NCBI RefSeq assembly: GCF_009914755.1
Contig: NC_060931.1
Direction: 5' to 3' (one strand)
DNA: 64,000 bases
DNA from: the human T2T-CHM13v2.0 reference genome, Homo sapiens
In this document: positions 1 through 15,679 of the stretch, piece by piece
Layout of the letters: each line of letters begins with the position of its first letter
How positions within the stretch are numbered: position 1 is the stretch's first letter
Program-made: the position numbers and the translations under genes
Notes under the pieces: model-generated
Told to the model about the DNA's origin: nothing
The model's database searches: none
What the model saw: the letters and a program-made list of their open reading frames with translations, nothing else

Positions 1-200
1 AGAAAATGTATGAAGCATAAAAGGTTAAGCAACAAGGCAAATTCACCCAGCTGTAGGGTGATCAGCTTGTCCTATTTGCCCAGGAATGCCCCAGTTTTAA
101 ATCTTAAAGTCCTTTATTCCAGATAAGCTGGGAAGTTGATCATGTTGTAACTGGTAAAGTCAGAAGAGGATTCAAATTAAAAAACCGGCAGACAAAATAC
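1..200 (+). mobile_element. MIR fragment interrupted by a MER81-like hAT MITE (~54-145)
   Basis: MIR-like 'aaggttaag...cacccagct...gtaaagtcagaagaggattcaaa' split by 'tagggtgatcagcttgtcctatttgcccagga...ccagtttt', resembling the MER81 terminus. Confidence 0.55.
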
Positions 201-2859
201 AAAAAAAACGGTCTGCTCTGTTGCGCATTTTATGCTGCCTCTTTGACCCAGTTTATTTACCTGGTCAATCTTTCACGAAAGGTTTATTTTCTAGTAATCA
301 CTTAAAAAAACATAAATACAACAACTAAACATGAAAGTTATCAAATGAAAACATAAATAAATACACCCCCAAAGAATCATTTGGTGATCTTCTTTTCGGG
401 TGCTGTATTTGCATTCAAAATAAGACGGAGCAAAATTTATCTGTGACATTTGGTATGCTTAAAGGTAATTCAAAAATATCTCTGCTATAAAATATCTCTT
501 AAAGTGTATAGATAGGGTAAGATCATGTCAGTGGTTGGGAGAGGTAAGGATTGGAGAAGAACACTGCAGGTCTAAAGCAGTGAACAATGGTAGTCAACCA
601 GGAGCCCATATCCTAACATCACAATCTGGTTGCACTTTGTGCTAAGAACAATCATAATTGTGTAGTCACAAAGCTAAAATCACCATAAATATAGCTGTTC
701 CCTATTAATCACTATGAACATCTGCAACAATTACTCATGCAGAGAATAATGATTTAGCAGCTGTGCACACTAGAATAAGACTTGTGTAATATTTAGGAAG
801 ACAGGGATAATGCATATATCATTCTAACAAAAGCTCCAGCATATATGATTTATGATTTTTCCCTTAACGAAGTAATACAAATTATTGCTAGTTGGAGACA
901 AAAGACACAAGTATATTGCCTTGAGCAATGTCTGTTAATATTTGTTGGTATGCATTTTGTAAATTAATATAACAACCACAAAACAATTTGTGTGTGTGTT
1001 TTGTTGTTTTGGTTTGGTTTTCTGTAGTTTCTTGGAAAGTTTCTCAGAGAAACTTGATTCTGAATTCACATCTACTTAATGGGTATTTTTAAAGTAACGT
1101 GATTTCTTTGCATTCTAATAGTTTAATGGTATTTATTTCCAGTTTAGATTTTATGGTATGTGGTTGAGAGCACAACTCAGGAGTTAGACTCGAGAGCACA
1201 CAAATTGCAAGTCAACCACTGTGATATGTGTGTGGCTCTTCTTTTTCCTTGAGACTTTTCTTACTGGTTGCATTCTTTTTTTATAATCTTTTCTTGCTAA
1301 TTACATTATTTCTTTAACTGTTCGAGTTTATTAATCTGGAAAGAAATGCTTCTCCCAACCACAACTCATGCCAACTCCCTTGTTCTATGTCTTCACCCCT
1401 TCACAGCCAAACTTCTTGAGTGTTTTGCATTCAGTTGTTGCATTCATGACCTCTTCTTCCCTACCTCTCTTCCACTCCCCCAACTGCAAAAAACTAATTT
1501 TGCCCCAACTACTTCGCTTATTCTTCAAATCCTCCTCATACCTTAATCTAATAGACAACCGTGTGCCCTGATTTTTCATGTAAAAGCGTTTTACAAAATT
1601 TGGTTTCTATACTCTGTACTGCTTTCTTAAATAGCAAATATACCTTCTAGGTCTGATCAGTATTCTCCTCCTCCAAGGCAATCTCAAAATAAGGATATTC
1701 TTTGGAGTTGCGTTCCCTAATACAATCCCGATCTCATTTATCCGTATAAATCCATTGCCCATTTAAATACTGATGATTCCTATCTTTTTCCGGATTGCTT
1801 CCGGATTGCTTTTCTGTCTCCACAGGTGCATTCCATGGCCAGTGTAAATCGAATGAGCCCAGAACTAAAACTACCAAGAACTCTACTCCCAAGGTAACCT
1901 CAGTTCCCAGCATCCAGGTCTCTGTCCACTACCCCCTAAATTTTAAGTGTCACTCATTCTAATTCTTTAACTCCCAAAAGTCTTTGACCTCATTGAGACC
2001 TTCAATCTTCTCATTGTGCCTCCTCCACTGCACATCCACTTCTCCCTTCACATAGCTGTTTAGATTCAACAACCCATTCTTACACTCATTCCATTACAAA
2101 TATCCTTTGCTATATTTCTCTGGCTAAATCTGGTCTACCTACTTTGTCTGGACCAAATCAGATGAATATGTCTTTAGAGAAGAACCAAGCCAATAGGGGT
2201 ATCATTTTAAATCTAGAGCCAGTAATTTCTTTCTCCCATAAATATACCTACTGTATTTACTTTCCACTTTCCTAGGAACATATTTTTACATTTCATCTCT
2301 AAGAAAACCTCCATAAATGCATAATCCTTCTTATTTAGATTATTAAGCTTTGGATTTCTAGTTCTCTGAGAAATAAAAGTATTCAAAAGATATTTTTCAT
2401 AGGCTCCCCAAACTACATCCATTATCCTCCTGCAGTTGCAGCCATACTTTGATCTTGCTCATGTTATTCTTGATGATATGTTCATCTTCGTTTCTGAAGT
2501 CAACTGCTCCAATATTGTACAAGACCTATCACCTGTTGAGCAGTGATGAATAGTAATTGTCCCCTACTTTATATCATGTTTTTCTTGCCCATTAATAAAC
2601 AAAATTATTTCTGTTCTTCATTAACCCCTATATCTGCCTCCAGGCATCCCATCATTTTCTTTGCTTCCTTTTAAAGCAAAATTTTCCCCAAATATTTTCA
2701 TGTATTTGTCTTTTCCACTACCTCCTTTTTAAAATTAAAAGCAATTTTTCTTTTGATTTTACCAAATCAGGCTACCACAATTGGCCTACATGTATCCAAA
2801 TAAAAATCAATAAATCCTAAGTCAGACAATCATAACTTGGGTCTATCTGCTGTGTTGTC

Positions 2860-2950
2860 AGTATTAAATGCATTTTCGTCTTACAATATTTATGACGTAT
2901 GATGGCTTTACTGGGATGGAACCCCATCATAAGTTGTGGAGCAATGGTCA
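2860..2950. mobile_element. MER47/Tigger5-like DNA transposon terminal fragment
   Basis: 'gtattaaatgcattttcgtcttacaatattt...accccatcataagttgtggagca' resembles the MER47 terminal inverted repeat. Confidence 0.65.
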
Positions 2951-3360
2951 GTTGATAAACATTACCGTGTTGGCAATATACAACATCTGATGGTGATGCT
3001 GAATCTGTCTTGAAATACTCTCTTCACTTCGCTTTAGTGGCAGCTAGCTTATAAGACAACTGTTTAAATTAGTAAAAGGTACACTTCCCTCAGGCAGATG
3101 TAGCTCTGAGTAAAAACTTATGACTTGGTTGATAGGACACTTGTTAGAATTCAGCCTCCTCTTGCCCCCTAAGCAGGCATGCTTTTATTAGATTTGACCT
3201 GCCTAATGTACCAGGCAGCCCCAAAGACAACAGTCTCTCTTAGTTCTCCTTCTTCCTTACTGCCTGCTGCCATCTTGCTTTCTTAACCTCTAAGTGTCAA
3301 AATGATCCCCGGGCTCAAGTTTAGGACTTTTACTCTTTTCTATTAAGACTAATTCACTAA

Positions 3361-3432
3361 ATGTTCTCATCCAGTCTCCTAACTTAAATACTATGTATGT
3401 TCTCATCCAGTCTCCTAACTTAAATACTATGT
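3361..3432. repeat. Perfect 36-bp tandem duplication
   Basis: atgttctcatccagtctcctaacttaaatactatgt at 3361-3396 and 3397-3432. Confidence 0.97.
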
Positions 3433-5784
3433 ATCTATTGATAGCTACACACTGCATATCTCCCAGTTGGACCACTATTTTCCCTGAAATCTAGAATTGT
3501 ATCAGCCACGGCCTACTTGACATCTTGATTGGTAGACCTAACACTATCTCACAAATACATTATGCCAAAAGCCAATTTCCTGATTTTCCTCCCAAATCCG
3601 CTTTTCTCTCATCTTTCTCTTCTTAATATTTGGGAACTCAATATTTCCATTTGCTCAGGCCAAAATTTTGCAGTCATCCTTGCCTCTTCTCTTATTATCA
3701 TGCTAATCTATCTGTAAACCCTGTTAATTTTACCTTCCATAAACTCTTTAACTCAACCCTTCACTGCTAACAGACTGATCTAAGTCACTATGGCACACAG
3801 GAAACTATTACAATAATCTCCTACCTTGTTTCTCTTATTCTGTCCTTAGCAGTCTGCTATTAAGACACAAACCAGAATAACCTTGTTAAAACGTAATTAA
3901 GATTATTATTTCACTGCTCTTCTCAAAACATTTCAGATTTCCCCTCTCAGGGTAAATTCCAAAGACCTTTCCATGGTCACGGCCATATGTATAATCTGTT
4001 AATTGTCCATCCTGCTCCAGTCCTACTGGTCCCATTGCTATTTCTCAAATATGACACACACACTTTCACTCAGAGTTTTTGCACAAGTTATTCTTTCTGT
4101 CTAGAGCACCTCCTACAAGTGTCCAAATGGCTCACTAACTCACTTACTTGACGTAAGTCTGTTCAAGTAGCCCCTCACATCCTATCTCCAGTCACTTGAC
4201 ACATAGTTCTTCTCACTGCATTCAGTCTGTTTTTCTTACTCACGTTTATATTCCCAGAACTTAATGCAGTGCATAACACACCAGGAGCACTCAGTAACCA
4301 TTTGCTAAAAGAAGAATGAAAGTGCAGTTAGGAAGTAGGGAGTAAGTCCTCTCTAGTTTTATCAACATTTTATCCTTGGCAGTTCTTTTTTTCTGTAGCA
4401 TAACAAAAGTACTAGATTAATTATTGACACCTATGCCAATTAGATCATTTTCCAGAAAAAAAAAAGTCAGCATTTTGTTCACTTCTTTATAGGGAGCAAC
4501 TCTGACTCTACAGATATTAGTTGGAAATACAGTCAGCGTAAGTCAGTGTAATTCTTTAGCTAAGATTTTTATTTTCCACAATCAAGTTCCAATAACCACA
4601 CACATTTTTCACAATTAGCTTTGAAAATTACAGCCTTTTTCATTGCTGATGTTTTAAATAACAAAAGTGAAATCCTTTTCACAGTAGAGGTAAGATATAT
4701 TTAACTTATTCTGGTTAAGCCTTTTGAAAGAATTGGTATAGAATGAGGCCTTTATTTGTAAATAATACTATAACCCAGTGTGACCACATATTTATTATTA
4801 ATTAAATGCTAATGTTTATAGAAAAATTTATACATTTTAAAGGATAAGTCTTTTCTTCTTCCTTTGTAATATGCTGTATTGTGTTAGTAGACATATATAT
4901 GTCTCTGAAGAATAAAGTGGTTCAGAATAAGGCAGAGAGGAGAAAATGAGTTAAGAATAGTATTTATCAAACGACCCCTGAAAAGTATTGCTTCATATGA
5001 ACAAAGTCATTTTCTTCAAAATACCCCTGGCAAGTGTACTATCTAAAATGATTTCTCGTTTCAATAAGCTTTATTCAATAATAAAGCTCAATTTTCAGAG
5101 AACTCAACCCTCCTTAGTGCCTCTGAATGGCTATATACTTGGTCAGCATAATTTCCTTTGAGGTTTAAATAATTTATTTCAGAATTTGGGATTCTGCTTT
5201 CTACTCCTGATTCTTGAAAAACTCATAAAGAGAACATCATGCACGCCCCTTGTAGACACTACACTGCAGTGTATAGACATTACACAAAGGATGTGATTGA
5301 AAAATTGTATACAAAGGCCCTATTTGTGAAATCATAATTAGCCAGTAAATTTACATTGGTAAATCCTTGTCTTTCCAAAAATATTCTGACAATAAACTAT
5401 ATATGCATGCCTATCCATATGTTTCTTATTACCAGTCTTTAAAGTCCAGTTGCAACCACCATGTTATATGCTACTAAATACAAAGAGTTTGCATTTATAT
5501 GTATTTTATTTAGACATAAATGACAAAACAAATGTATAAAATGTCTATCCTCTACATGGAATAAATAATTATAATACTAAGGTATGAAAAACATTTTCAC
5601 ATGAAACTTTTAACTTAGCTTATTGCAAACTAGTCACCAAATACTAATATAAAAGCATAGTGCTAGTCACAGTGAAAACAATTACATAAGAAAAAGCAAA
5701 CAAAATTTAGCATCCTGATAGAATGTATGCAAGAGCTTCTGAATTAAGTCCATTGCTTGATTTCACTAATGTTTATTTCTTTTT

Positions 5785-6290
5785 AGATTTTCAATTATGG
5801 TGAAATACACAAAACACAAAATTTACCATTTTAACCATTCTTAAGTGTATAGTCCAGTAATGCTAAGGACACTCACATTGTTGTGAAACCAATATCCTGA
5901 ACTCTTTGCATCTTGCAAAACTGAAACTCTACACCCACTAAAAAACAACTCCACATTCTACCCCTGGCTCCTGGTAACCATCATTCTATTTTCTATCTCC
6001 ATGAATTTGATTATCCTAAATACCACATACAAATAGAGTACCTTTGTGGTTGACTTATGTCTTTTAGCTTGATGTCCTGCAGGTTCATCCGTGTTGTAGT
6101 ATGTCAGAATTTTCTTTCATTTTAGGGATGAATAATATTCCATTTTATGTATACAACACATTTTGTTTGTTAATTCATCCACACCCATGGAAACTTGAGT
6201 TTCTCCCATCATTTGACCATTGTGAATAATTTGTTTTGATATAGTAGCCATTCTAATGAGTGTGAGGGGTTTTCTTCTTGTGGTTTTGTT
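5785..6290 (-). mobile_element. L1MB-like LINE-1 3' end
   Basis: 'aaaatttaccattttaaccattcttaagtgta', 'ctggtaaccatcattcta', 'aggttcatccgtgttgtag' are typical antisense L1MB 3' UTR motifs. Confidence 0.85.
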
Positions 6291-6799
6291 TACTAATGTG
6301 TTTTTTAAAATTTCTTCTATTAACAAGCCTTTTTAGAACAGGCTGGTTGAAATGATCTGGTTAAGGAAAAATGAGATGGCAAAAAAATAGCAATAGAGTG
6401 TCATTTTTTGGAGACAGAGAATAAGAAATAATAAAAAGAACATTAAAAGGCCACTAGAATCAGTACTAGAGACTACAGCGTAATGACAATATGAACTTCA
6501 AATGAAAAACATAAGTTTGCTGTAGAAATTTAAGCATCTCAGAATGAATTGGACTTTATACCTTATGGCCACATGAAGTAGTTGTTATGCCTCCTTGAAT
6601 CACTGGAGACATCTTCGGTGTAAGAAAATATTTAAATATAGCTAAAGCTATATTCTCTTCAGTGTAAGAGAATATTTAAATATAGCTATAGTGAAGAGTT
6701 GTTTGTTTCATTTTTAATCATAAAAAAGAGATTCAGGTTTTTGGCATACAAAGATAACTCACTTTTTCTTCCCTCGAGTAGCTTCTCTCAGGTTAAGTT

Positions 6800-7062
6800 T
6801 ATATAGATACACATATATATTATGCACATATGTGTATACATATTATACACACATATATAAGCTTAATATGTATATATTATAGCTATACATATATTACATA
6901 TATGATACATGTATACATGTATATAAATACACATCGAGACACATGCATATATGTATGTATATACACATGTATATGCATATACGTATGTATCTCTCATATA
7001 TGTATATATACATACATATATAAATATATGTCTGTGTCTCTCATATATGTATGTATCCCTAT
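6800..7062. repeat. Degenerate (TA/CA/TG)n simple repeat
   Basis: About 260 bp of alternating purine-pyrimidine tatatg/catata units. Confidence 0.95.
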
Positions 7063-9074
7063 GTGAACAATAATTGTAGTGTATGTTCAAGTTCGTCATG
7101 TCTGCCATTGGTATTAAAATGTATTCTATATGTACTTTATATTCACTCTGTGTGTTTTTGTATATACACTCACCCACACAACAGATGCAGGTTAATAAAC
7201 CACTTCTGTTTTCTAGGTTCCCTAGGGAATATATTACTAACTGTATTCTTTGTGAATATGAGCCCTCAGAATTTATTTTTAAATCATTCAGATGTGGTAG
7301 CTATGCCAGAGATGATGCTATTCAACAGAAAACAAGTATATTAAATGTCTTTACAACACTGTAAAGCAAATATCACAAAAAGTCCTTTTAAAATGCACCC
7401 AATCAAAGTCAATAACCAGTCAAATTTATTAGATTGCTCCTATGAGCACCTTTCCTCCTATACCTGCCTTCCCTTAGTTTTCAGACTGCGACAACAGTGC
7501 TCAGCTGTGTCTCTGCTTACACTGTTCTCCAGAGCATCCAAGACACACTCCCCCTCAGGTTCCCTGAGTTCAGAGTTTTCTCGAGTTTAAACCTGTATAG
7601 CTCCCCTTACAGAAGCTGCAGCCTATGTGGAGAGATGATGGGTACAGAATTAACATCAGAATCACTCCTGAGGCATTCTCCAAAAGGAACACTTTTAGTA
7701 GAGATGAGAACATTTCTCGACCTATTTTCACAGCACAGAATAAGCTCTGTTCTTTACCAAGAAATCTCAAAAAGCCAAAGATGGCTTTAAAAATTCAAAC
7801 TATAAGGTCTTCTGATGTCTACTTCAGTAAAAATAATGAAAGAAGCCATGAAATTTTCTTAAAGCAAAAGAAACTCTAGTATTCAAACATTTCTGATTCA
7901 AAGATAGCTTTTGGAGGAAATATAAAGACTAATAAAATAAAGTCCAGAAGAACTTAACTATAACTTGAAATAAACTTTTATTCAAAACCTCACATTTTAA
8001 TGTTGTTTTCAATTTTAGTTCATATCAAAACATACTATAAGATATATTTTCTCCTAAAGGTGATTAAGATAACCATCCCCTTGTACACGGCTTCATGTAA
8101 GATACACGTTATCAAAATGAAATCAGTTTGGGTAAGGTAACAGTTAATACAAGATTAGACTTATGCTTTATTAATTCTGGCCACCAAATCTCGACAACAA
8201 TCCACAAAACCCAGATATCTGCAAACAAGTATGTCTGGATTTTTGTTTAAATCAAGAAATGATAGGTTAAGTTGAGAATTGATTAACTGTCTCTATACAA
8301 TACATATAAAGTACACTATACTACTCAGATTATATAACCATATTACTCCCATAAATGTTAAACATGAATATTCTAAATTAATGTTAAGTACCAACATGAC
8401 AAAAAATAACAAAACTATAAAACTGTTGAAATAAAGTAGTAGGGGTGCTAATTTACATAGGGTTATTTAAAATGCCTTTTTGGAGAAAGAAATATCTATT
8501 CTGAAACCTACAATATTAAAAATACTTTTGCGTGTGAAGTAGATAATTGGCAGGAAGGTGGCCAGGAGCAGGTGCTTTTTGCAAGCAGTCTCCATTATTG
8601 GAGATGGCATGCATAAAGGTAGTGGAGCAGAAACGACTATCACCTGATCTAAGAAAAGAATAAAGCTAGAAGTTACTGAAGCTCAATGGTGGCCAGAAGG
8701 ATGTGAAATGAGGTTAAAGAGAAAAGTAGGATCCGTATTGAAGTCCAACATGCCTCGGTAAGAAATCTGAATGCTAGCTTAAGTCACTGGAAGCCACTGG
8801 TTTTAAGCTGGGAAGTGAAATAATCCAGTTTATGTTTGGACTGACCACTTTTGCTGCTTGCTGCTTTTGGGGAATAGATTGGAGTGGTAAGTGCAAGTCC
8901 CAAACAATCAGTTAGGAGACTGTTGCAGCAATTAAAGTAGAGTTGATAGTGAATGTGGCTAGAGGAAGGTCATTGGAGATGGGGATGTGGGGACAAATTT
9001 AAAATATATTTTGGAAGCTAATTAAACAAGATAATTGGTAGAATGTGGAAGTGAAGGAGAAGAAGAAATAAAGA

Positions 9075-9222
9075 GGGGGGAGGGATAGCATTAGGAGATA
9101 TACCTAATGTAAATGATGAGTTAATGGGTGCAGCACACCAACATGGCACATGTATACATATGTAACAAACCTGCACGTTGTGCACATGTACCCTAAAACT
9201 TAAAGTATAGTTAAAAAAAAAA
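9075..9222 (+). mobile_element. 5'-truncated young L1PA 3' end with poly(A)
   Basis: 'ggggggagggatagcattaggagatatacctaatgtaaatgatgagttaatgggtgcagcacaccaacatggcacatgtatacatatgtaacaaacctgcacgttgtgcacatgtaccctaaaacttaaagtat' followed by an A tract. Confidence 0.95.
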
Positions 9223-9485
9223 GAGAGACTCCTTACCCACAGCTTAAAACATTAAGTAATTAATGGGTGCCATTTACTAAGAAATAAGCTTATTTGGGAA
9301 GAAGGATTACATGTTCAGGGGACCCATAATGTAAGGGTAAGATAAGGTTTTCTGGAGAAATTTACTAGTAGAGTAGAAGCACACTTCATGGGTCCCTGTC
9401 TTCTCACTATCCTCTAAGTTGCATGCTTGGATCAGGTATAGCTTGCTTCACTAAACAGCATTTTCCAACAAAGGGGCCCTCTTAC

Positions 9486-9658
9486 CCATTGTTTTACATA
9501 TTCGTAGGTAATTGATGTTGAAGAAACATTTTCTTGACCACTGAATAATGTAAGTTCGCTGATAAAGAAAAAGGCTTCATAATGGGTACCTCTGGAACTC
9601 AGTTGTCTGGACTTCCTTTGTGATAGCTCAGATATGCTGAACAAAACTTGCTAAACTC
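9486..9658 (-). other. Candidate non-coding exon (173 nt)
   Basis: Minus-strand acceptor ctcattttctctcctgttttag|G and donor TGG|gtaaga; stops in all three frames from this acceptor. Confidence 0.3.
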
Positions 9659-11439
9659 CTAAAACAGGAGAGAAAATGAGTCTCCAGAGCTCTCTGAATT
9701 TGGCTGTCCTCAGAAAGAGAAAAGTCAAAAGATTGGGATGTTTGTAGGCTATGCAACAGTGAAAAGCAAGCAGGAAATTTGAAATGGTAAGGGAACAGCT
9801 GGATTTAAAATATACATTTGAATATATATTTCAGGTAAGAACCATAGTATTGATAGTCACAAACAGGGAGATGGGAGAGGACAAAAGACTGCAAATACCT
9901 ATAATTAAAGGGAGGTTAGAAGGGGAATATCTGAGAAAGGAGAGTAAGAATAATTGATTAAAGAAACAGGGAAAAAAAAAAAACTCTCAGTGTATTTTCA
10001 CCTTAAGCTAAAAGCTGTTGGCGGGGAGATAGACAGGGCTTCAAAATGGAAGGTATGGTCAGCTGTGTAGACTGCTATGAGTGTTTATAAGACAAACACA
10101 GAATCTGCAGACAGCTGCTGAGAATCAGAAGGGTTACTAAGTGATGTACTAAGATTCACTTAGACATTAGAAAAAAATAAATTTCTAAAATATTTTCTAA
10201 TAAAAATAAACAAGCATATGTAAAAGATGTAAAATGTTTGTTAGTCAAGTGTAAAGTTATAAAATAAACTGAACATTTTCCCTAAGCTGACTTTTTGCTT
10301 CATATCTTATTATCAATTTTGACTATGTTTGTTCTAAGTCTGAGAGTAGAGCCTAGAGTCATACTTCTGGTGTGTCAGGCATTCCAGAAGCCATCATGGT
10401 ACTGATTGATATTTCATAAATTACACTTATTAGAGTATTTTTAAAGGACAAAAGACTTACATGATGCATCTGTGGGGCCTGGGTCCACAACATATGCTGT
10501 ACTTCCAATGCATTTATATCAGTCCAGACATGAAACTTCATTGAAACTTGTATGTGAGATTAAATTTGCCAAGTTGGCTATCAGTCAGTGTCAGAAAACA
10601 CAATGATGCATGAGGCGTAGAAATACAAGCAAAAAAAAAAAAATTAGCCTGCATGATTAAAAATGTCAATTAAAAAAATCTCATTTAAAATTGTTATTTT
10701 AATAGCTTGTGTGCTTCACTGTGTTCAGCAGAAAGACCCAGTAAAGTTCAAGTAAGCTCTTCAAATACTAAGATGTCGAAAGTTAAATCTAAATATACAA
10801 TCATTTTTTTGAACTCACTTTAGTCAATATAGGAAAGTTGTTTATAACTACAACTCTCTAGTGGTATTTGTTTCTAGTAACTGATGAAATGAAAATAGAT
10901 TCATATTTCTACCTCAAAAGATGTGTCTAAGTGTGAAAGTTTATCTAAACATATACTTGCTGAATTTAAATCCATTCTTAGTTTTTCAATAAAATAGACA
11001 TATGTGACATTAAATTAGTCTCTACTTTTTAAACTTATGAAATGAGCTTTTTTAATCTGTCTTCTGGGTCATTTACTAATTTTATGTTATTTTGTGCTTT
11101 TAAATCACTTAGATACCCAGAATTTGTATTCATGTTATCCCTTTAATGTAAGTTATATTGCAGACAATATGCTTCATACAAAAATTCTAGTTTTATAATT
11201 CCTCCTTCTTAAAAATCTAGACGACCATTTTCTTTTTAAGTTTTTAGAAGTAATACAAAACTTACACTGTTTAATTTGTTCTCTCTTCTACCTATTAATT
11301 CACAGTAATATTCTAATAACTTTCACTCAGTTTTGCCTCAATGTCCACATCAGTAAAATAAGAGTATTCAAATGAAACTTTTTATGGGCAACCTATATCC
11401 ATTAAAACATTCCAGTTAAAAATACAGTGGTAGCAAATG

Positions 11440-11645
11440 GAGTAGGAGAGTGAGGTGTAGAAGGAAGTGAAGGAGGAGGAGCAGACAAAGGTGAAGGAGG
11501 AGCAGAAGAAGGTGAAGGAGGAGAAGAAGAAGGAGAGGAAGAAAGAGAAGGATAAGAGGATAAGGAGAAGAAGAAGAAAGAGGTGGAGGAGGGAGAGGAA
11601 TAGGAGGAGGAAGAGGGGCAGGAGGAGGAGGAGGATAGGAAGAAA
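11440..11645. repeat. Purine-rich GGA/GAA low-complexity repeat
   Basis: About 200 bp almost entirely A/G; partial 21-bp period (aaggtgaaggaggagcagaag). Confidence 0.95.
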
Positions 11646-12907
11646 CTCAGATCACAGGGGAACCCAATAAGGGCTTGCAAGTCTGAATAGATTTGCAATG
11701 ATATTTAAGTCCATAGGATCTAAATTTTCCTAGAGAAAAATGGAGGCGGAGCATCTTTTTGGAAACAAATTACCTGCTATAAATTTGCTTTATCCTATTA
11801 AAGTTTCATGGAACTTTCAAAAGAAATAGAGTAATTTTCTGATAACTATAGATAGACTTCAACAACTTTATGAAGTGTTTAGTTTGAGTTCATTTCAGTC
11901 TCAGAAGGCACTTTAAATTTAATCTCACTTAATTTGCTTGGACATCTTTAATCAAACCACTCATGTGGACCATCAGTGATAGTTTTCACCCAGTTTTACA
12001 CCTGAGCTGACTGAGGCAAGAGAATTAAATAATGTGTGCAACTCACAAGGTGAGTTAATGATGCAGTTGAAGGTAGAAAATGGCACTTTTGTCTTCCTTT
12101 TAGCCATTATTTCCCAACACTTAAACAACTTTGTTTTATCATTGGAGGGAGAATTACACATTTAGAAACCAGATATGTTAATGAGCAATCAGTAGGCTGC
12201 TGTTAAATGATTTTTTAAAATATCTTCAGAATAGAATAGGGCAAAAAGAAAAATCACATCCTTTCTGCAAGAGTTCAACATAGAAAAATAATCCCTAATG
12301 TTTATTCTTTATTTTCTTATCACTCCCACTCCACCATTCATTACAATTATTCCTACAGGAGGCTTCATAAAGTCCTATTACTCTTATGTCCACTTTTATG
12401 TGAATTTCCTACCTTTCTCTTGTGTTTGGTTTATCTAGCCTAATTCATTTATTCATTAGTTTAGTCGTTTATCTGTGATGGTGCCTTATTAGGTATTGGT
12501 TTACAAAGATAAACAAAACAGATCTCTTCCTTTAAAATGATCATAGTCTGAAAGGGAAGGACAGAAGCAACTAAACAATATAGTGTCAATAAATATTTCT
12601 AAAGTACAAAATAGGGAGAGTGTGACATAGTGAGTCCAAAAAAGATCTTAGAAAATATGATTATTAAGTCCATGCAGATAGACATTGGGTTCACTTAACA
12701 ATTATTTAAAATGATGACTAACAGCATTTAACAAACCAGATACAACTGTAAGAGTCATAATATTAACTTCATGGTTTATCAGCACCAAATAGGCTCTACT
12801 CTCTGACCCAAAGCAATTGATAGAGCATGCGTTACTACTTGGTTCTTAAAGTAAATACAAGTGAGCCTACTAATACATCAACCCTGATTGATTTTAATTT
12901 TCCCCAC

Positions 12908-15679
<2,772 letters not shown>

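Larger units (their letters stand above)
2620..4320 (+). mobile_element. L2 (L2a-like) LINE 3' region, degraded, with nested insertions
   Basis: L2 motifs 'ctcatccagtctc', 'gcctacttgacatct', 'ttgctcaggccaaaa...gcagtcatccttg' and 3' end 'gcactcagtaaccatttgct...gaatgaa'. Confidence 0.8.
8400..10100 (-). mobile_element. Fragmented L2 LINE, antisense
   Basis: 'ggaagccactgg', 'gaccacttttgctgct', 'cagttaggagactgttgcag', 'ggtgccatttactaaga' match antisense L2. Confidence 0.65.

Noticed and set aside
3361-3432. 36-bp direct repeats as a CRISPR array
   Set aside because: There are only two adjacent copies with no spacer, inside a mammalian L2.
6830-7177. Tyr/Ile/Cys-rich ORFs
   Set aside because: They are translations of the TA/CA simple repeat.
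7470-7880. Overlapping ORFs and acceptor-like sites as a coding exon
   Set aside because: There is no convincing donor, no recognisable protein and no CpG island.
11402-11698. Ser/Pro-rich and Glu/Lys/Arg-rich ORFs
   Set aside because: They are translations of the GGA/GAA simple repeat.
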